This document shows, piece by piece, positions 1 through 15,587 of a stretch of DNA of 64,000 nt. The stretch is from the human T2T-CHM13v2.0 reference genome, Homo sapiens. Numbering within the stretch: the stretch's first letter is position 1; every line of letters starts with the position of its first letter. The position numbers and the translations under genes were made by a program. A model generated the notes under the pieces. The model had not been told where the DNA came from, searched no databases, and saw nothing but the letters and a program-made list of their open reading frames with translations. The DNA lies in NCBI RefSeq assembly GCF_009914755.1, contig NC_060925.1; one strand, written 5' to 3'.

Positions 1-745
1 GACACACACATACACAAAATTATATATATACATGTATACTATTTATAAATATACCAATATATGCACATATATACATAAAAGTTGGCATACTAACTAGCAT
101 TATATATACTTTACAAATAGATAATTTATAAATATGGCTATATTATTATAAAGCAAAATAAAGAATCATGTAAGTTAAATAGATGTATTTTCTATCAGAT
201 TCAAACATTAATCTTAGTTATAAAAGGAACAGAATGAGGAAAATTAAAATTAGCCTCAAAATATTCACTGGATTGGATAGATCAATGAATGAACAGATGA
301 ACGGATACACGGATTAGTAAACAGGGGAAGGAAAGACATGAAAGAGATGGAGAAAAAGGCAAGAATTGGGTCTTCCTTATGTGTCCCTTATTCCTTAATA
401 AATCCAGGATCAGGAAGGTAACCACTGTAAATCTTCTTAATATTACATCAAGATCCTCACTGTTTGCCTTCTGGATAGTCTGTAGTTAAATAAGAATAAT
501 ATCTTTGCTTTAGTCAAGATTTTATGTCTTTTCCACTTTGAGTTTGTTCTCTAAGTAATAAAAAAATAAAAAAAGGTTCTATGTCTTTGGTTTTTTATCT
601 ATTATGTCTCGAATGAGATAAAATATTGTGACTCTGTTACAGCATTTTAACGTCATAAAACACATGTAAGTTATGATTACAGGGAAAAAAATCTTCCTCT
701 AAATCTCAACTTTCTTTTACTGAGAAAAAAATCAAATCACCTTAC

Positions 746-812
746 CTGATATTGATACCTTGTTTGTATATTTTACATGCATCGGAAGGCAGAATTCGGG
801 AAAGTAAAGGCA
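746..812 (-). CDS. ANKRD13C: ANKRD13C coding exon 6 (67 nt)
   Basis: aaatacag|TG CCT TTA CTT...AAT ATC AG|gtaagg; encodes (V)PLLSRILPSDACKIYKQGINI(R), the conserved ANKRD13 post-ankyrin region. Confidence 0.95.
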
Positions 813-2701
813 CTGTATTTTTAAAAACAAAAGGTAAAAAATAACTACCTAAATTTTGAGATATTTACAAACTTTTAAATTAAAAGAGTAATGTGACATT
901 CTGTTATCAAATTATAATAATTTCCTTTCAAATAGTATTTTTCCATTTAAAAATAAATAAAATTTAAAAGGCAATTTTGAGCAACTTCAAATATCTACTA
1001 TTTACTTGTAATTTCTGTATAGTTTACTATACTCCCATCCCACCCACAAACAAGGGTAGCAGAGTCAATATGATGCCACTCAGGTACAGACTGCATATTA
1101 TAGATGAGTAAACAATAACCCTATGGTAACTAAACCCTCCTGAATGGGTAACCAGATAGACCTGAACCTTATCTAATTTTGTAAATATAATTTGGAAAAA
1201 TTGCAGTAAAGTAATGTGTATAATAGAAAGAGACATCTTTGAAGTGAGACAGTTAAATTTGAGTTTGAATCCCAAATATGTGCCTTGGTTATTTAGACTC
1301 AATGTACCTGAGTTTCAAAATCTGTAAAATGGGAATCATACTATTTATCTATAGATTTCTACATTCCTATGTTGCTATCTATAGCTCATATACATGCCAC
1401 AAGCCATATTCTGATAGTTTTTTATTATTTATTATCTGCTATTTTGGGGAGATAGGAGTTATTCTACAGATAAATAAAGCTGCATAACAGGCTATAATAA
1501 ACTACCACGTACAAAGAAATGAAAGAAATGTGAAGCTCAAAATTCTTGAAATTAAGACCATATCAGAGGTACATGTGTACATAAGTGTGTGTGTATCTGT
1601 CTGTGTGTAAGATACGGCAGATATATCTTACAAAATTTAGTGTTTTTAAAATGGGTGATAAATTAACCTGAGTTAGAAACAAAGACTCTAGAGAAAATTA
1701 AAGGCTAATTTCTTAGTTAACTTTTTCAAAAGCATCAACATTTTCTAATTAACATTAAAGATAAATACCTAATGCAGGCCCGGTATGGTAGCTCACACCT
1801 GTAATCCCAGCACTTTGAGAGGCCAAAGCGGATAAATCGCTTGAGCCCAGGAGTTCAAGACCGGCCTGGGCAACATGGCGAAACCCCATCTCTATCAAAC
1901 ATACAAAAATTAGCCAGTCTCATAAACCAGTCTCAAATAAATAAATAAACAAATAAAATTTTTAAAATAAAAAAAATTTTAAATGCTGTAAAAAAGTACC
2001 TAATGCTTCATGACTCCTTTAGATCCTTAGAAACCATTTAATGCAAAATGACTTCCAGCACTGAAAACTGTTTTCTGAATTTTAGTGCAAAAATAAGAAA
2101 AGTTTATTGTCCAGAGAGAATATTAACGAATTGTTGCCCTAGTGAAATAATGTAAGAAATCTTCTTCTGACAAAGCTTTTCCTTTCTCAGCTGGGCACGG
2201 TTTGGCTATAACTGCAGCCATATGGGAGGCCAAGGCAGGAGGACTGTTTGAGCCCAGGAGCTTGAGGCTAGCCTGAGCAACATAGCAAGACCCTGTCTCT
2301 ACAAAAATAAAAATAGAAAAATTAGCCAGGTGTGGTGGCAGGTACCTGTAGTCCTAGCTACCTGGGAGACTGAAGCAGGAGGATCACCTGAGGCCAGGAG
2401 TCGAAGGCTGAAGTGGGCTATGATCATGCCACTGCACTCCAGCCCAGGTGACACAGCAAAACCCTATCTCTTTGAAAAAGAAAAAAAGAAAGAAAGAAAA
2501 AACTTTTTTGAAACAAAAATTGAGAAGAGCAATAATAGTGTAATTCTATAAATGATCAAAGTTCTTTCATGCTCATTAATTGAGATCCATCCTGAAGTAA
2601 GTATTTGGTGTATCATGAACCAAAGATGATTAAAAGTAGATAGCACTCCAACTTAAGTTAATTTAACTTCATTATATCTCATTACTTATTTATTTTTTTA
2701 A

Positions 2702-2836
<135 letters not shown>

Positions 2837-5714
2837 TAATTATAACACCCTACAAAAACAGAATTTAATATCATACACTAATACTTTTATTAAAAATCAG
2901 GAAAGGAGGAAAATGGTAAGGCAGAGAGAAAACAAGTTGAGGATTGAGAGCAAAAGCTAAGAAAAAAAAAAAGAAAAGGGCAAGGCGCGGTGGCTCAGAG
3001 GCCTGTAATCCCAGCACTTTGGGAGGCCGAGGCGGGCAGATCACGAGGTCAGGAGATGAAGACGGTCCTGGCTAACACGGTGAAACCCCGTCTTTACTAA
3101 AAATAGAAAAAATTAGCCAGGTGTGGTGGCGGGCGCCTGTAGTCCCAGCTACTCAGGAGGCTGAGGCAGGAGAATGGCGTGAACCCAGGAGGCGGAACTT
3201 GCAGTGAGCCGAGATTGCGCCACTGTGCTCCAGCCTGGGCGACAGAGCGAGACTCCGTCTCAAAAAAAAAAAAAAAAAAAATTAAAGAAGTTAAATTATT
3301 GAGCAAAACAAACAACCAAACAAATAAAAAAACATTTCTGATAGATTTTAATGCATTCCAAAACATAGCAATTTACATTTTCCCAAGTCTGAAATAACTC
3401 TTTTTCTCCTCCACGTAAGTTAAACAACCAACCTATTTCCTGTTACCTCAGCATAAGTTTAGCACAGTATTCCAACAGTAGCATAATTCACTAAACAGAA
3501 AATAAAAAGAGAGTTTTTAAATTTAAATTTTCATTTGGCTACCACTTACTCCCCAATTTTCTTTCTTTCCTTTTTTTTTTTTTTAGACAGAGTGTCGCTC
3601 TGTCACCCAGGCTGGAATGCAGTGCCGCAATCTCAGCTTACTACAAACTCCGCCTCCCAGGTTCAAGTGATTCTCCTCTCCGCCTCCCAGGTTCAAGTGA
3701 TTCTCCAGCCTCAGCCTCCTGAGTAGCTGGGATTACAGGCGCCCCCCTACCATGTCCACCTAATTTTTGTATTTTTAGCAGAGATGGGTTTTCACCATGT
3801 TGGCCAGGTTGGTCTCAAACTCCTGACCTAAGGTGATCCACCCGCCTTGGCCTCCCAAAGTGCTGGGATTACGGTGTGAGCCACTGCACCCAGCCTACTC
3901 CCCAATTTTCAGAAGAGTTTTTAAGCTTAATGTTTTCTATCTATAATATACAAATAATAGGCCGGGCGCGGTGGCTCAAGCCTGTAATCCCAGCACTTTG
4001 GGAGGCCGAGGCGGGTGGATCACGAGGTGAGAAGATCAAGACCATCTTGGCTAACACGGTGAAATCCCGTCTGTACTAAAAAAAAGAAAATACAAAAAAT
4101 TAGCCGGGCGTGGTGGCGGGCGCCTGTAGTCCCAGCTACTCGGAAGGCTGAGGCAGGAGAATGGCGTGAACCCAGGAGGTGGAGCTTGCAGTGAGCCGAG
4201 ATCGCGCTAGCCTGGGCGACAGAGCCAGACTCCGTCGCAAAAAAAAAAAAAAAATAATAATAATAATAATAATATACAAATAACAGTCTCAAATACAGGA
4301 TGGATTGATTCTGTAGACAACAAATAAAAATAGAGAATTAGTTTTTTAGTTAAAACGTGCTATATGCATAATGCAAAATTTAAAGTAGTGATCATATTAT
4401 AAATTATTTGATACTTTATAGTATACAAAGGGCTTTCTTCAAAAAAATGATTTTATTTCATATACACCAAAAGAAAGTTTGCAACAGGTGGGGTAGTTAG
4501 TATTATCCTCATTTTAAAAATGAAGAATAAAGCTCAGAAAACATATAAAATATGTGATTTGCAATGTCAAATACTTAGGGGTCGGTATTTCTGACTCCAA
4601 TTCAAAGCTTTTCTATACCTAAAAATCCAGGCTGGAATATTTCAGTTACCTTCAAACTTGTTACTAAGTCTGTGGCTATTTTCTTCGAAGTCTGAATATA
4701 AGTAAGAGCATAAAAAAGAGTGTGCTCTACTATCTCAAAAGTAAACTCACCCTGATTTCAGTATTTCTTGGCTTCCCCTTATTTTTCGCTTGCTTTTTAA
4801 AAAATATTATGTGTTTTGACAAGGGAAAGAAATATGCCAAAACTCTAATTAAAGTTTGATCATAAAATCTAATAAAAGATCTAGGCTATCTATAAGCCAA
4901 TGGGTTTCGTTTTAGAATTATACATGACATCTAATCATCACGTATTAATAGTTGTGATGTTAAATCACTATAATCCTTTATTAGCAATGAAACAGATGTG
5001 CTGACTTTTTGCATCAAAGTCAAATTCTCAAAGAAGAAATACTTTGGACAACTGTCTCAGTGGTTACTTGAGGAACTCAATTATGCAACATTTATAATGT
5101 ATTGTTTATAACTATAGATATATACACAATTTTAGAAGTGATTGCATGTATTTATATTTTAGTATAATTAAAATATCACTTTTAAAATATTTTATAACAT
5201 TTTGTTCAGCAATATACATTGATTATTTTAGAATTCAAACCACTAATGATTACTAAGAGAATCAGTTAAAAAGCCAAAATACTCAAGGGACAACCCAGTT
5301 TAGGATCACAAAGCAGGACTGGGGTCTCCCCACATGGGAAAAAAATGGGGTAAAAAAGACAGTATTCAGGTTTTAGGCCAATCTAACTTGGAGCTCCTTT
5401 ACTACACAAGGCTACTATAAACCTGTTTTTCTATGTGTTCTAGGACACCAGGACTCCTGAATGATATATAAGGCATAAAAGCAAGATGGGACTATTAGAG
5501 TAACAAGACTGCATAATCATTAATAGAGACAAACTAGCCTGATGAGCTAGAGTTATAAAAATGTGAGAAAAAACTGATTAAATTTAGAATTTAAAATTCT
5601 CTATACAAGGATTAAACACACTAGAAAAACCTTAATCATCCATGCCATAAAGTATTATGTAGCTGTTAAAATTAGTGAAGTATTTCCACCTGAAATATGG
5701 TAAGATGCCTACTA

Positions 5715-6017
<303 letters not shown>

Positions 6018-7693
6018 TCAACTTGCATAATGATATAACAGTATGATTCCATGGGAGAAAAAAAACCTAATTCTGAGGGGTTGTGTGTGCATAGCTATGT
6101 ACACAAACACTTTAGTAAGCACTGAAAAGCATTTGAAAGTAGTCATACGAAATGTTAACAATAGTCACCTCTGGGAAGTGGTAACAGGGAAACTTAAAAA
6201 TACCTGATTAATTTTCTATAATGTTCAAAACTTTTACAGTGAATATTCTATTAAAAATAGATTAAAATCTTAGTAAACTGAGGATAATTTTAGTATTAAA
6301 TAACTTGTATTAGTCAAAGCTAACTAAAAAGCATAATACAATTTTTAGAAATGTATACAGATGTTATAAAATCAATGTTTAAAATTTACACAAGCTGTAA
6401 TGTACATAAGCTGGAGAGGAAGTCTGATTTGTATCTAAAAGCTCCAAATAAAGAAGGCAGTTTATCAAAAATATAATTTGTAGAAAATTATTACTTGTTG
6501 AAAAGAGGCCAGATTCTTTCTCAAGACAGTAGAAAACTACTATTTTTTCATACAGTAGAGAGAAATAAGTGCTAATGGACTTCAGATTTATGGCTGCGTT
6601 TACTTTTTCAGAAGAAATCAGAAGATGTAAGAGAATTAGAAGAAATAACAAGTATAATTGTTAATTAAAGTTTAAATCTGGTAACTTCCTAGGCATTTTA
6701 CTGCTATATGGTATATTGTATAATCTATTTTCTTACTGACGAGTTGAAGCTGAATTTGCAAACCCAAGTGTATTGTGAGAATATCATAACTTCCTCAAGG
6801 TTAACAAATATCAGAATGTAATGTTTTAAATTAAGTTGCATTTATTGACCTCCCATAGACTAGGCCTAAAACTGTGAAATTTCTATTACTGTTTTTTTTT
6901 TTTTTTGAGACAGAGCCTTGCTCTGGAAATCCCACTACAAATTGCCTGGGAAGAGCAGTAGCAGCACTGGATGGGGCTAAGTACTGTAAGTAATCTCCAT
7001 TTCACAGTCTAGAATTTGTTTTTAAATGTATAGAGAAAACTATAGAGCCACAGAATGTAGAACTGAAAAGAAACAGATTTGCTAGTTCAAAATTCCTATT
7101 CTACTGACTTTGAATTCTTTGCCCAAAGTTCCTCATTTGGTATAATATGCATACGTGCCTGGGCGACAGAGTGAGTGAGACTCTGTCTCCAAAAAAAAAA
7201 AAAAATTAATTTAGATGCTTCAACAAAAACTCACATAAGCTCATTATGTCTAAACCTTTAGAGATTACATTTTTTTAAATCTTTAAAAACAACAAAATTT
7301 AGTTGTTTAGTTAGTAAAATAAAGGTCACTAGAATCAAATTTCATATTTGGATATGAAAGTTTTCTCTCTAGTGGACTCATGTTTAAAATGAGGAGAAAA
7401 ACCTTGTTAAGGTAAGTCAATAAATGACTGCAAAAAAATCTAGGGCAAAATTAGGATCTTTCGTAAGTCACTGGAATCAATGTTCAACCAAACAGTATGT
7501 AAAGAAAGTGGCTATAAAGTATGCAAGAGGCAAAATAACGGAAAGACAACAAAATATACATAAACAAAAAATGTTAACTAAATTCTCCACATTCAGAGAT
7601 CTAAGTACTAGATTTCAAACGTCCTTAAATTCAGTAGTCCCATAATCCCATAATTAATTTTCTTTTCTGAAAACTCCTTGCATTCTATTATTA

Positions 7694-7903
<210 letters not shown>

Positions 7904-8267
7904 TTAGCCAGGTGTGACGGCATGTGCCTGTGGTCCTAGCTACTCAGGAGGCTGAGCGGGGAGGACTGCCTGAGCCCAGGGGTTCGAGGCTGTAGTAAGC
8001 TATGATCGTACCACTGCACTCCAGCCTGGGCAACAGTGAGAACTTGTCTCAAAAAAAAAAAAAAAAAGATTTATTAAAGTTACTAATCAAGTTGGAATAA
8101 CTAAATATTATAGGGCTTTATAACGATTACAGTCAATGTCATGAAAAATACTTTTCCTCACAGCAAGTATTAAATTTGTTATCCTAACATTTCTATATGA
8201 TAGGTATTTTTGTACTTGCATTTCTGCATAAGTACATATTTTATACTAAAACATAGCATACTCTTAC

Positions 8268-8313
8268 CCCAGCTTTGAAAATCCCAGTGAAGTTCTAGAT
8301 AAAAGTCACCTAG
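8268..8313 (-). CDS. ANKRD13C: ANKRD13C coding exon 5 (46 nt)
   Basis: ttttcag|CTA GGT GAC TTT...AGC TGG G|gtaaga; encodes LGDFYLELHWDFQSW. Confidence 0.95.
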
Positions 8314-8739
8314 CTGAAAAATGAAATATGAATAATTACTAAATGCACCTTAGTTAAAAGTTCTTATGCTTTAAAAATATGGCTATTCCTTAAAACATTA
8401 TAATACATGCATTACTATACTTAATTACAAAGGAAAATATGCACCTGTATATTTTATAATATTTTAATTACATAGTAACATATCTGAAACTGATAAGCAT
8501 TTAAATTTGTATCAATAAATATTACACTTCCCAGTATAAACAAAATAACAATAATAATAAATATTATTTTTTAAATAGTTAACTTTAGAAGTGTTATTAA
8601 AAATTACTACCAAAATGATTATTTGTATAACCTCATAATGGCATTTAAAAAATGGCCCATTGTAATAGAAAATATTTTTCTGTAAAGGGATAATACAAGT
8701 TTATTAAATCTGAAACATGTCATCATATAATATCTATGA

Positions 8740-8960
<221 letters not shown>

Positions 8961-10003
8961 TAGTCTCGAACTCCTGACCTCAGGTGATCCACCCGCTTCG
9001 GCCTCCCAAAGTGCTGGGATTACAGGCGTGAGTCACCATGCCTGGCCGAAAAAAAATTTTATTTTGCAAATTAGAAGCTAGACACCAAAGATTATAACTG
9101 TTAAGAGTATATATTCTAAATATAAGTAGAGCATTACATATATAGCAACATCAACAAGTTAGTCTTTCTTTTTCAAAAAGTGATAAAAGTGAATGTTAAT
9201 AGTAGATATCATTGCAATATGAGTAAAACATTTTTCTGGCTTTTTCTATATTTCTTAAGATCTAAAAAAAAAAAAAAGCACCATTAACAGAGACAAGCTA
9301 TCATCATAATCATCATGACAGGTCTATCTTTCTCCCACAGTTCTTTCAGGCAGCAGAAATACAGAGAAGAGAGTAACAATAGAAAACAAACCACTCTCTT
9401 TTGTGTGCCAGCATACCCAGCTCTTACCACAAGGAGGTAGGACAGATAAAAAGAGTTTTTGTTACATAAAGAATATACAGGCCGGGCACGGTGGCTCACG
9501 CCTATAATCCCAGCACTCTAGGAGGCTGAGGCAGGTGGATTGCTTGAGCTCAGGAGTTTGATACCAGCCTGGGTAATATGGTGAAACCCCATCTCTACTA
9601 AAAATACAAAAAATTAGCTGGGCGACAGAGTGAGGCGCTGTCTCCAAAACAAACAAACAAAAAAAACTGCCACTTCTAGTAGCAATGGCTTTAGCTATAG
9701 AGAATCTTCTAATTCAAAGGCAAAGGAAAATTATTGCCATTAACTGTGACTTACCTCCTTTTTTTTTCTTTAGAGCTCTTATCTAATTTATTGAAAGTAA
9801 TAAATCTTTATCTTCCTAGTTCAAACTGAGGTGCTTCTACTAAGATCACATTCATACACTAATTATTGCTTAATTTAAGCATGATTTTTACCATTTTTTG
9901 GCCCCTAATAAGTGAGAATTTAAGTTGTATTAAGAAAAAAATGCTTAAAACTACACTTATAATTACTTCCAAGGTGCAAAATTAACAAAGAAATATAGCT
10001 TAC

Positions 10004-10089
10004 CTCTTTCAGGGCTTTTAATAATCGAGGTCGTTTTTCTTCAACACTTTCCCTGGATTGCTGCTTAAGCTTCCTCAAAAGAGCTGTAA
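10004..10089 (-). CDS. ANKRD13C: ANKRD13C coding exon 4 (86 nt)
   Basis: aactttag|TT ACA GCT...AAA GAG|gtaagc; encodes (I)TALLRKLKQQSRESVEEKRPRLLKALKE. Confidence 0.95.
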
Positions 10090-12452
10090 CTAAAGTTTAA
10101 ATTTTAAAAATAACTAATTTAAATTTTCATCATGCAGTAAAAACACCACTGGCTTATTATACATATAGATAGATAATACATGTACACATATATGCACGTG
10201 CATGTATGTGTGTATGTGTATGTGTGTATCTACATCTACAATATATTTTGAAAGGCCAAAAATCAAAGAGCAATGTTTAAATTACTGAAGGCCTCTTGGA
10301 ACAGTAAAAGAAGCTGAGACATAGAAGTCAGAGAACATGGGACCTATATAGATAGAATAAGTTAGTAAGTAAGTTTAATAAAACTGGTATGATCCCCAAA
10401 GAATAATGAGAAGAGATATTTCAACATCAACCTATACCATATTCACACTAGCTTTTACTAGTTTTTTAATTATCAGTAACGATTTACCTAACTGTGCCAA
10501 GATAACCAAACTCATTCAAATGATGCAATGTCCTAATAGAACACTGACCTCAAGGAAGATCTCAAAAACAACAGATCTCAAAAATCCCACTGGAAGCCAC
10601 TTTTCTAAAAACATATAATTACCTGCAATTGTTACCAGGTGTTATCTGTTCTTTTACCACTGGAGGATATACCTTCACATACTACCAGCACAGTATAAAA
10701 AATACAAAAATGAATCTTATTGTACATGGAAAAAGAACTTCTGAATCTAAGAAAACCTAAAGGTCCTCCATAGTGTATTTTCAGTTACTGAGATTTAAGC
10801 ACATTGCTGAAGTTCAAACCCCAGCTTTACCACTTAGTGGTTGTGGGTAAACTTGGACAAGTTACTACTTAATTTCTCTAAACTTCCTTTTTTTTTCCTC
10901 TCCTTTGTCAAGTAAGAATAGAAGTAAGGGCACAGTGGTCTGCACCTGTAGTCCCAGCTACTCAGGAGGTTAAGGTGAGAGGATCACTTGAGCTCAGGAG
11001 TTCGAGACCAGCCTGGGAAACATAGTAAGACCCCATCTCTATTAAAAAAAAAAAAAAAAATTAGCCAGGGCTTGATGGTGTGTACCTGTGGTCCTAGCTA
11101 CTTGGGAGGCTGAGACAGGAGGACTGGTTGTGCCCAAGAGTTTGAGGCTGCAGTGAGCTATGACCACTGCACTCCAGCCTGGGTGACAGAGCAAGACACT
11201 GTGCCTGTAATTAACTAAATACAATTTTTATCTATTAGAATGAAGGTCTAAAATTCACTGGCAAAATCAATCAATTAATCCTTAATATTTACCAAAATAA
11301 GAAAAAATATTAGACTTGAATGAAATAAGCATAGGAAAAAATAAGAACATGGAAAAATGTGCATCGGGGAAAATATATACATATATACACGCTAGTTTCC
11401 TCCTGATTCTAACACATTTTTCATATACATACATATACATATGCGTTCTGAGGGCTTTTTAAAAATCAGTAAATTATTTTTACTATTTCACAGCATGCAT
11501 TCTTATAAACCACTTCAAGTCCCATGTGGAACGCAGAAGCAGAAGGCGAATAAAAAAAGAAGGTAGTGAAAGCTTGGACTAGATTTTTTTTTTTGTCCAC
11601 ATAGGTCCAAAATTAGGAAAAATCTAGGGAAGCATGTAAAAATAGTAGGAGCTATTCTTATTTTTAACCACAGGTCTAACTAAATTCCAATATATTTTAA
11701 AAAGCCAAAAATCAAAGAACAATGCTTAAATTACTGAAGGTGTCTCAAAATAATCAAAACTGAGACACAGAAATCGGAATGCAGGACCTAGTTTCAGTTC
11801 TACCATTTACTAGCTCGGTGACCTAAATCAATAATTCCCAAATACGAACCTACATTTCTGTGCCCAATTGTTTGAGTTTCCAATGATATACAGAAAATGA
11901 GAAAAAATGTGTACTAGAATGAGTTTTTTCTTAATAAATTTTTTTAAAGACTATTCTTCCTACTTTTGGTTTCAAATATCTTTTTTTTAAAAATAAAATG
12001 TGGATCACAAAAGACAGTAGTTATCGTTTTTATAAAGTTCTGATAGTCTAAGATGAAAAAGTTAGATTCCCTATATCAATCACCAGTAAAAAAAATTTTT
12101 CTGGTCTGTGAAATCCAAAAAGTCTGAGAATCAATGACTTAGATAATCATTTAAAGATTCAAGTATGAATCTGACAAACCTTCCTGTTCATTATAATTTA
12201 ACTTTAATGTCAAAGTTATATTACTCAAATGTAGTACAATTCTTTTTAATGGTCATTGTTTTCTACTATAAGCTCAAGTACCTTAATAAATCTTATTCAA
12301 TCTACCTTGCCTTCAGATTGAAATGGACCTCAGTTGAATGCAGAGAATGAAAAGAATTCAATTCCTAGATAAAAAGGGTCTTTCAATAAAAAGCAGAGGC
12401 TACATATTTTTTTATCAGCCTGATTTTATTAACTAAATATAATTGTAACTGA

Positions 12453-12537
12453 CTGAAGGCATTCAGTAAATAATGACCAAACATCATTTAAAAAGCTGAA
12501 GGCATTCAATAAATAACGACCAAACATCATTAAAAAG
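12453..12537 (+). repeat. 43-bp tandem duplication
   Basis: ctgaaggcattca(g/a)taaataa(t/c)gaccaaacatcatt(t)aaaaag twice. Confidence 0.9.
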
Positions 12538-13177
12538 GTAATGGCAACCACTGTATATAGCACAGTATAATAACATATGCGAAGAGATTCCCTTTTCTAT
12601 ATGACTTCATATTGAAAAATACCATAAACTCAAACTTCTTATGGATGCACATTCAGAAAGCAATTACACAAAATTACCAATTACCAGTATCCTTTTTAGG
12701 GATCAGTATTTGTATTCCCATATTGTAAGAATTTTATTAATACTGATTAACAATGAAGATTAAAATTAGCTTTAGAGGATTTAGGTGATAAAAGAATTCA
12801 TACAAAGACTCAAATGCAAAAGTCCATAAACCACAACTAATTTTACTTTCTCCTTCCTCCTTCTCCGACTGAAGTTTACAGTTTGACCTAAAGCTTTTGG
12901 AACTATGCCCTACTGCTCCAAGTATTACTTAAATCTGTTACCTTTTGCACTCCTCTTCCTTCTAAGCTCCAATCTATTTCCTGCTTCCCACCTGGACAAT
13001 TCTACCTGATGTACTACAGTTGATTCAAACCCAACAAATCTAACACAAATTAAAGACCATACTGCTCTTGCTCCTATAGTCTATATATCAATTAAGTAAT
13101 GAAATCACCATCAATCCATAATAGAGACCTTAGAGTTACTCTGAATCATTTTATCATTACCCATATCCAAGAGATAA

Positions 13178-13438
<261 letters not shown>

Positions 13439-14870
13439 TGATCCACCTGCCTCAGCCTCCCAAAGTTCTGGGATTGCAGGCATGAGCCACCACGCCCGGC
13501 TAAACCTTTCTTTTAATTACTTTCTGATCTATCCCTTCCTTCTCTAAAAACACTATGTCTTTAAGTCAAGCTTACCTCATTTGTTCCAAAAATGTTTTGT
13601 TCTAAATATCTCTTGCCTCCCTGACTCCGCTGTATTAATTAGAAAGTCTTTTCACTTATCTAATAATAACAAGCCCTGCTTTGAAGTCTTCTGGGGTTTT
13701 GCAGAGACTGGAAATTGGGATTAAAATCTTGACTAGCACATAAAGCTGATATCAATGTGGTCCTTTTATCATTACAACTTCATTTCCCAACACTGGTCTT
13801 TGCCCCTTCATCCATCTTTGCCATGTATCATTAAGAAGCCAAATACAGGGGCACGGTGGCTCACACCTGTAATCTCAGCACTTTGGGAGGCCGAGCCGGG
13901 TGGATTGCCTGAGGTCAGGAGTTCAAGACCAGCCTGGCCAACATAGTGAAACCCCGTCTCTACTAAAAATACAAAAAATTAGCTGGGTGTGGTGGCGGGT
14001 GCCTGTAATCTCAGCTACTCGGGAGACTGGGGCAGGAGAATTGCTTGAATCTGAGAGGCGGAGGCTGCAGAGAGCCAAGATCGCGCCATTGCATTCCAGC
14101 CTGAGCAACAAGAGGGAAACTCCATCTCAAAAAAAAAAAGAAACCAAATACATATTGTTCCCTAGCATATGCCTTTTTTTTTTTTTTAATATTTCCATGC
14201 TTTATACACATTCCACTCTCGCACAGTAGAATGCCTTTACCCACCTTTTTAACTTCTAAAACCCTTTGAGACAGCTTTAATAACCAAACACCTTGCTAAG
14301 AACCTGAATAACTTTTCCACTCATCTGTTTCCCCCAGGACTTTGTAAATACTTCAGAATGCCACAGAATATTCACTGGTCTCTCTCCCTTAAGTAGGATG
14401 ACTTCCTCAATATCAAAGTTAATGGCACATCCTGACTATGTTTCTGACACATCTAGTAGGTATTCAGAACACAAATAGACAATTCCTGGCCTCATACACT
14501 CTGCCTAAAGGGAATGGGCAGAGTTCTGAGACAATATATGAGCAGAGAAAACTTCCTTGTACTTGAGCTGAGATCTGAAGAATCTTAAGGAGCTGTGACA
14601 AAAAGAGGGGGATATATAAGTATGAGGAGTATGAGAAACCAAAAAGCCAGCAGAGCTGACACATAGAAAGCCAGATGGAAAGAACAAGATGAGGAAGGAG
14701 ACAAGGAAGTGATAGTATCATACTGGACCTTATAAACAAAGTTAGCAATTTTGGTCTTTGTCCTCAGAACAGGAGGTTTTAAAGAATTTTATGTAGAGAA
14801 TAATATGACCAGAAGACGAAACTAAAATATAACAAAATATTAACAGTGGTTGTCTTTTTTTTTTTCTTGA

Positions 14871-15038
<168 letters not shown>

Positions 15039-15264
15039 TAGAGACAGGTTTTTGCCATGCTGCTTAGGCTGGTCTTGAACTCCCAGGCTCAAGCGACCCA
15101 CCTGTCTCGGCCTCCCAAAGTGCTGGGATTATAGGCATGCCCCACCACACCTGACCCAACAGTGGTTATCTTTGAGTGATATTATTTTCTTTTCTTTTCC
15201 CTATAATTCCTAATTTTCTACGATGAATGTCATCATTTTCTTATAAGAAAAAACAAAGTTTTGA

Positions 15265-15587
<323 letters not shown>

